Shown here one piece after another: positions 63,941 to 64,000 of a stretch of DNA of 64,000 nucleotides. Within the stretch, counting starts at the first letter, position 1; the number at the start of each line of letters is the position of its first letter. The notes under the pieces are model-generated. The model worked only from the letters and a program-made list of their open reading frames with translations, had not been told where the DNA came from and ran no database searches. A program made the translations under genes and the position numbers. Where the stretch lies: positions 1 to 64,000 of the IMG/VR virus record IMGVR_UViG_3300032296_003307; one strand, 5' to 3'.

Positions 63941-64000
63941 ATGGGATACGATTTTGAACCCATAACTACGAGAGACGTGAATAATAAACTGTTTTGTACA
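63941..64000 (+). CDS. 5' end of a gene truncated by the window edge
   Basis: ATG 63941 (or GTG 63977) open to the edge; preceded by ATATGTATA. Confidence 0.45.
   Translation, partial: MGYDFEPITTRDVNNKLFCT

Noticed and set aside
1-64000. Stop-codon reassignment (alternative genetic code), as seen in some large Bacteroidota phages
   Set aside because: Conserved genes are full length under code 11, and TAA, TAG (37449) and TGA (24033, 36743) all end genes at sensible positions.
1-64000. CRISPR array, tRNA or rRNA genes
   Set aside because: No regularly spaced repeat-spacer array or cloverleaf was found by eye, and intergenic gaps are mostly too short. A tRNAscan run would confirm.

Overview
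This AT-rich window comes from a large T4-like (contractile-tailed) bacteriophage, probably infecting Bacteroidota. The host inference rests on the absence of Shine-Dalgarno motifs, TTTG-N20-TAnnTT promoters and a Bacteroidota-type Hc1-like gene. All credible genes are on the + strand. Gene order: baseplate genes, GIY-YIG nuclease, primase and exonuclease; then a ~20 kb cluster (4.6-24.5 kb) of modular proteins; terminase, portal, prohead protease, scaffold and major capsid; an amidinotransferase + phosphatidylserine-decarboxylase-like + PhoH insert; neck genes, tail fibres and three LamG lectins; sheath, tube, tail chaperone, tape measure and baseplate hub-CHAP lysin; and a compact family A DNA polymerase. 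Five items stand out. (1) Most genes in the 4.6-24.5 kb cluster start with a short amphipathic leader ending in [ILV]-x-E, and several are polyproteins whose modules are joined by [ILV]-[NK]-E linkers. That matches T4 prohead-protease specificity and suggests a large capsid-packaged, protease-released effector cargo; a flanking direct repeat and a stranded C-terminus suggest modules insert at these linkers. (2) A candidate structured RNA at 21072-21153 forms a pseudoknot that competes with an intrinsic terminator. (3) An unannotated +1/-2 frameshift extends the tail chaperone at a U7 run. (4) An amidinotransferase/pyruvoyl-decarboxylase pair sits inside the virion operon. (5) A recurring ATATTTATA motif precedes late genes. 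Family assignments come from motif recognition by eye; no database searches were run.
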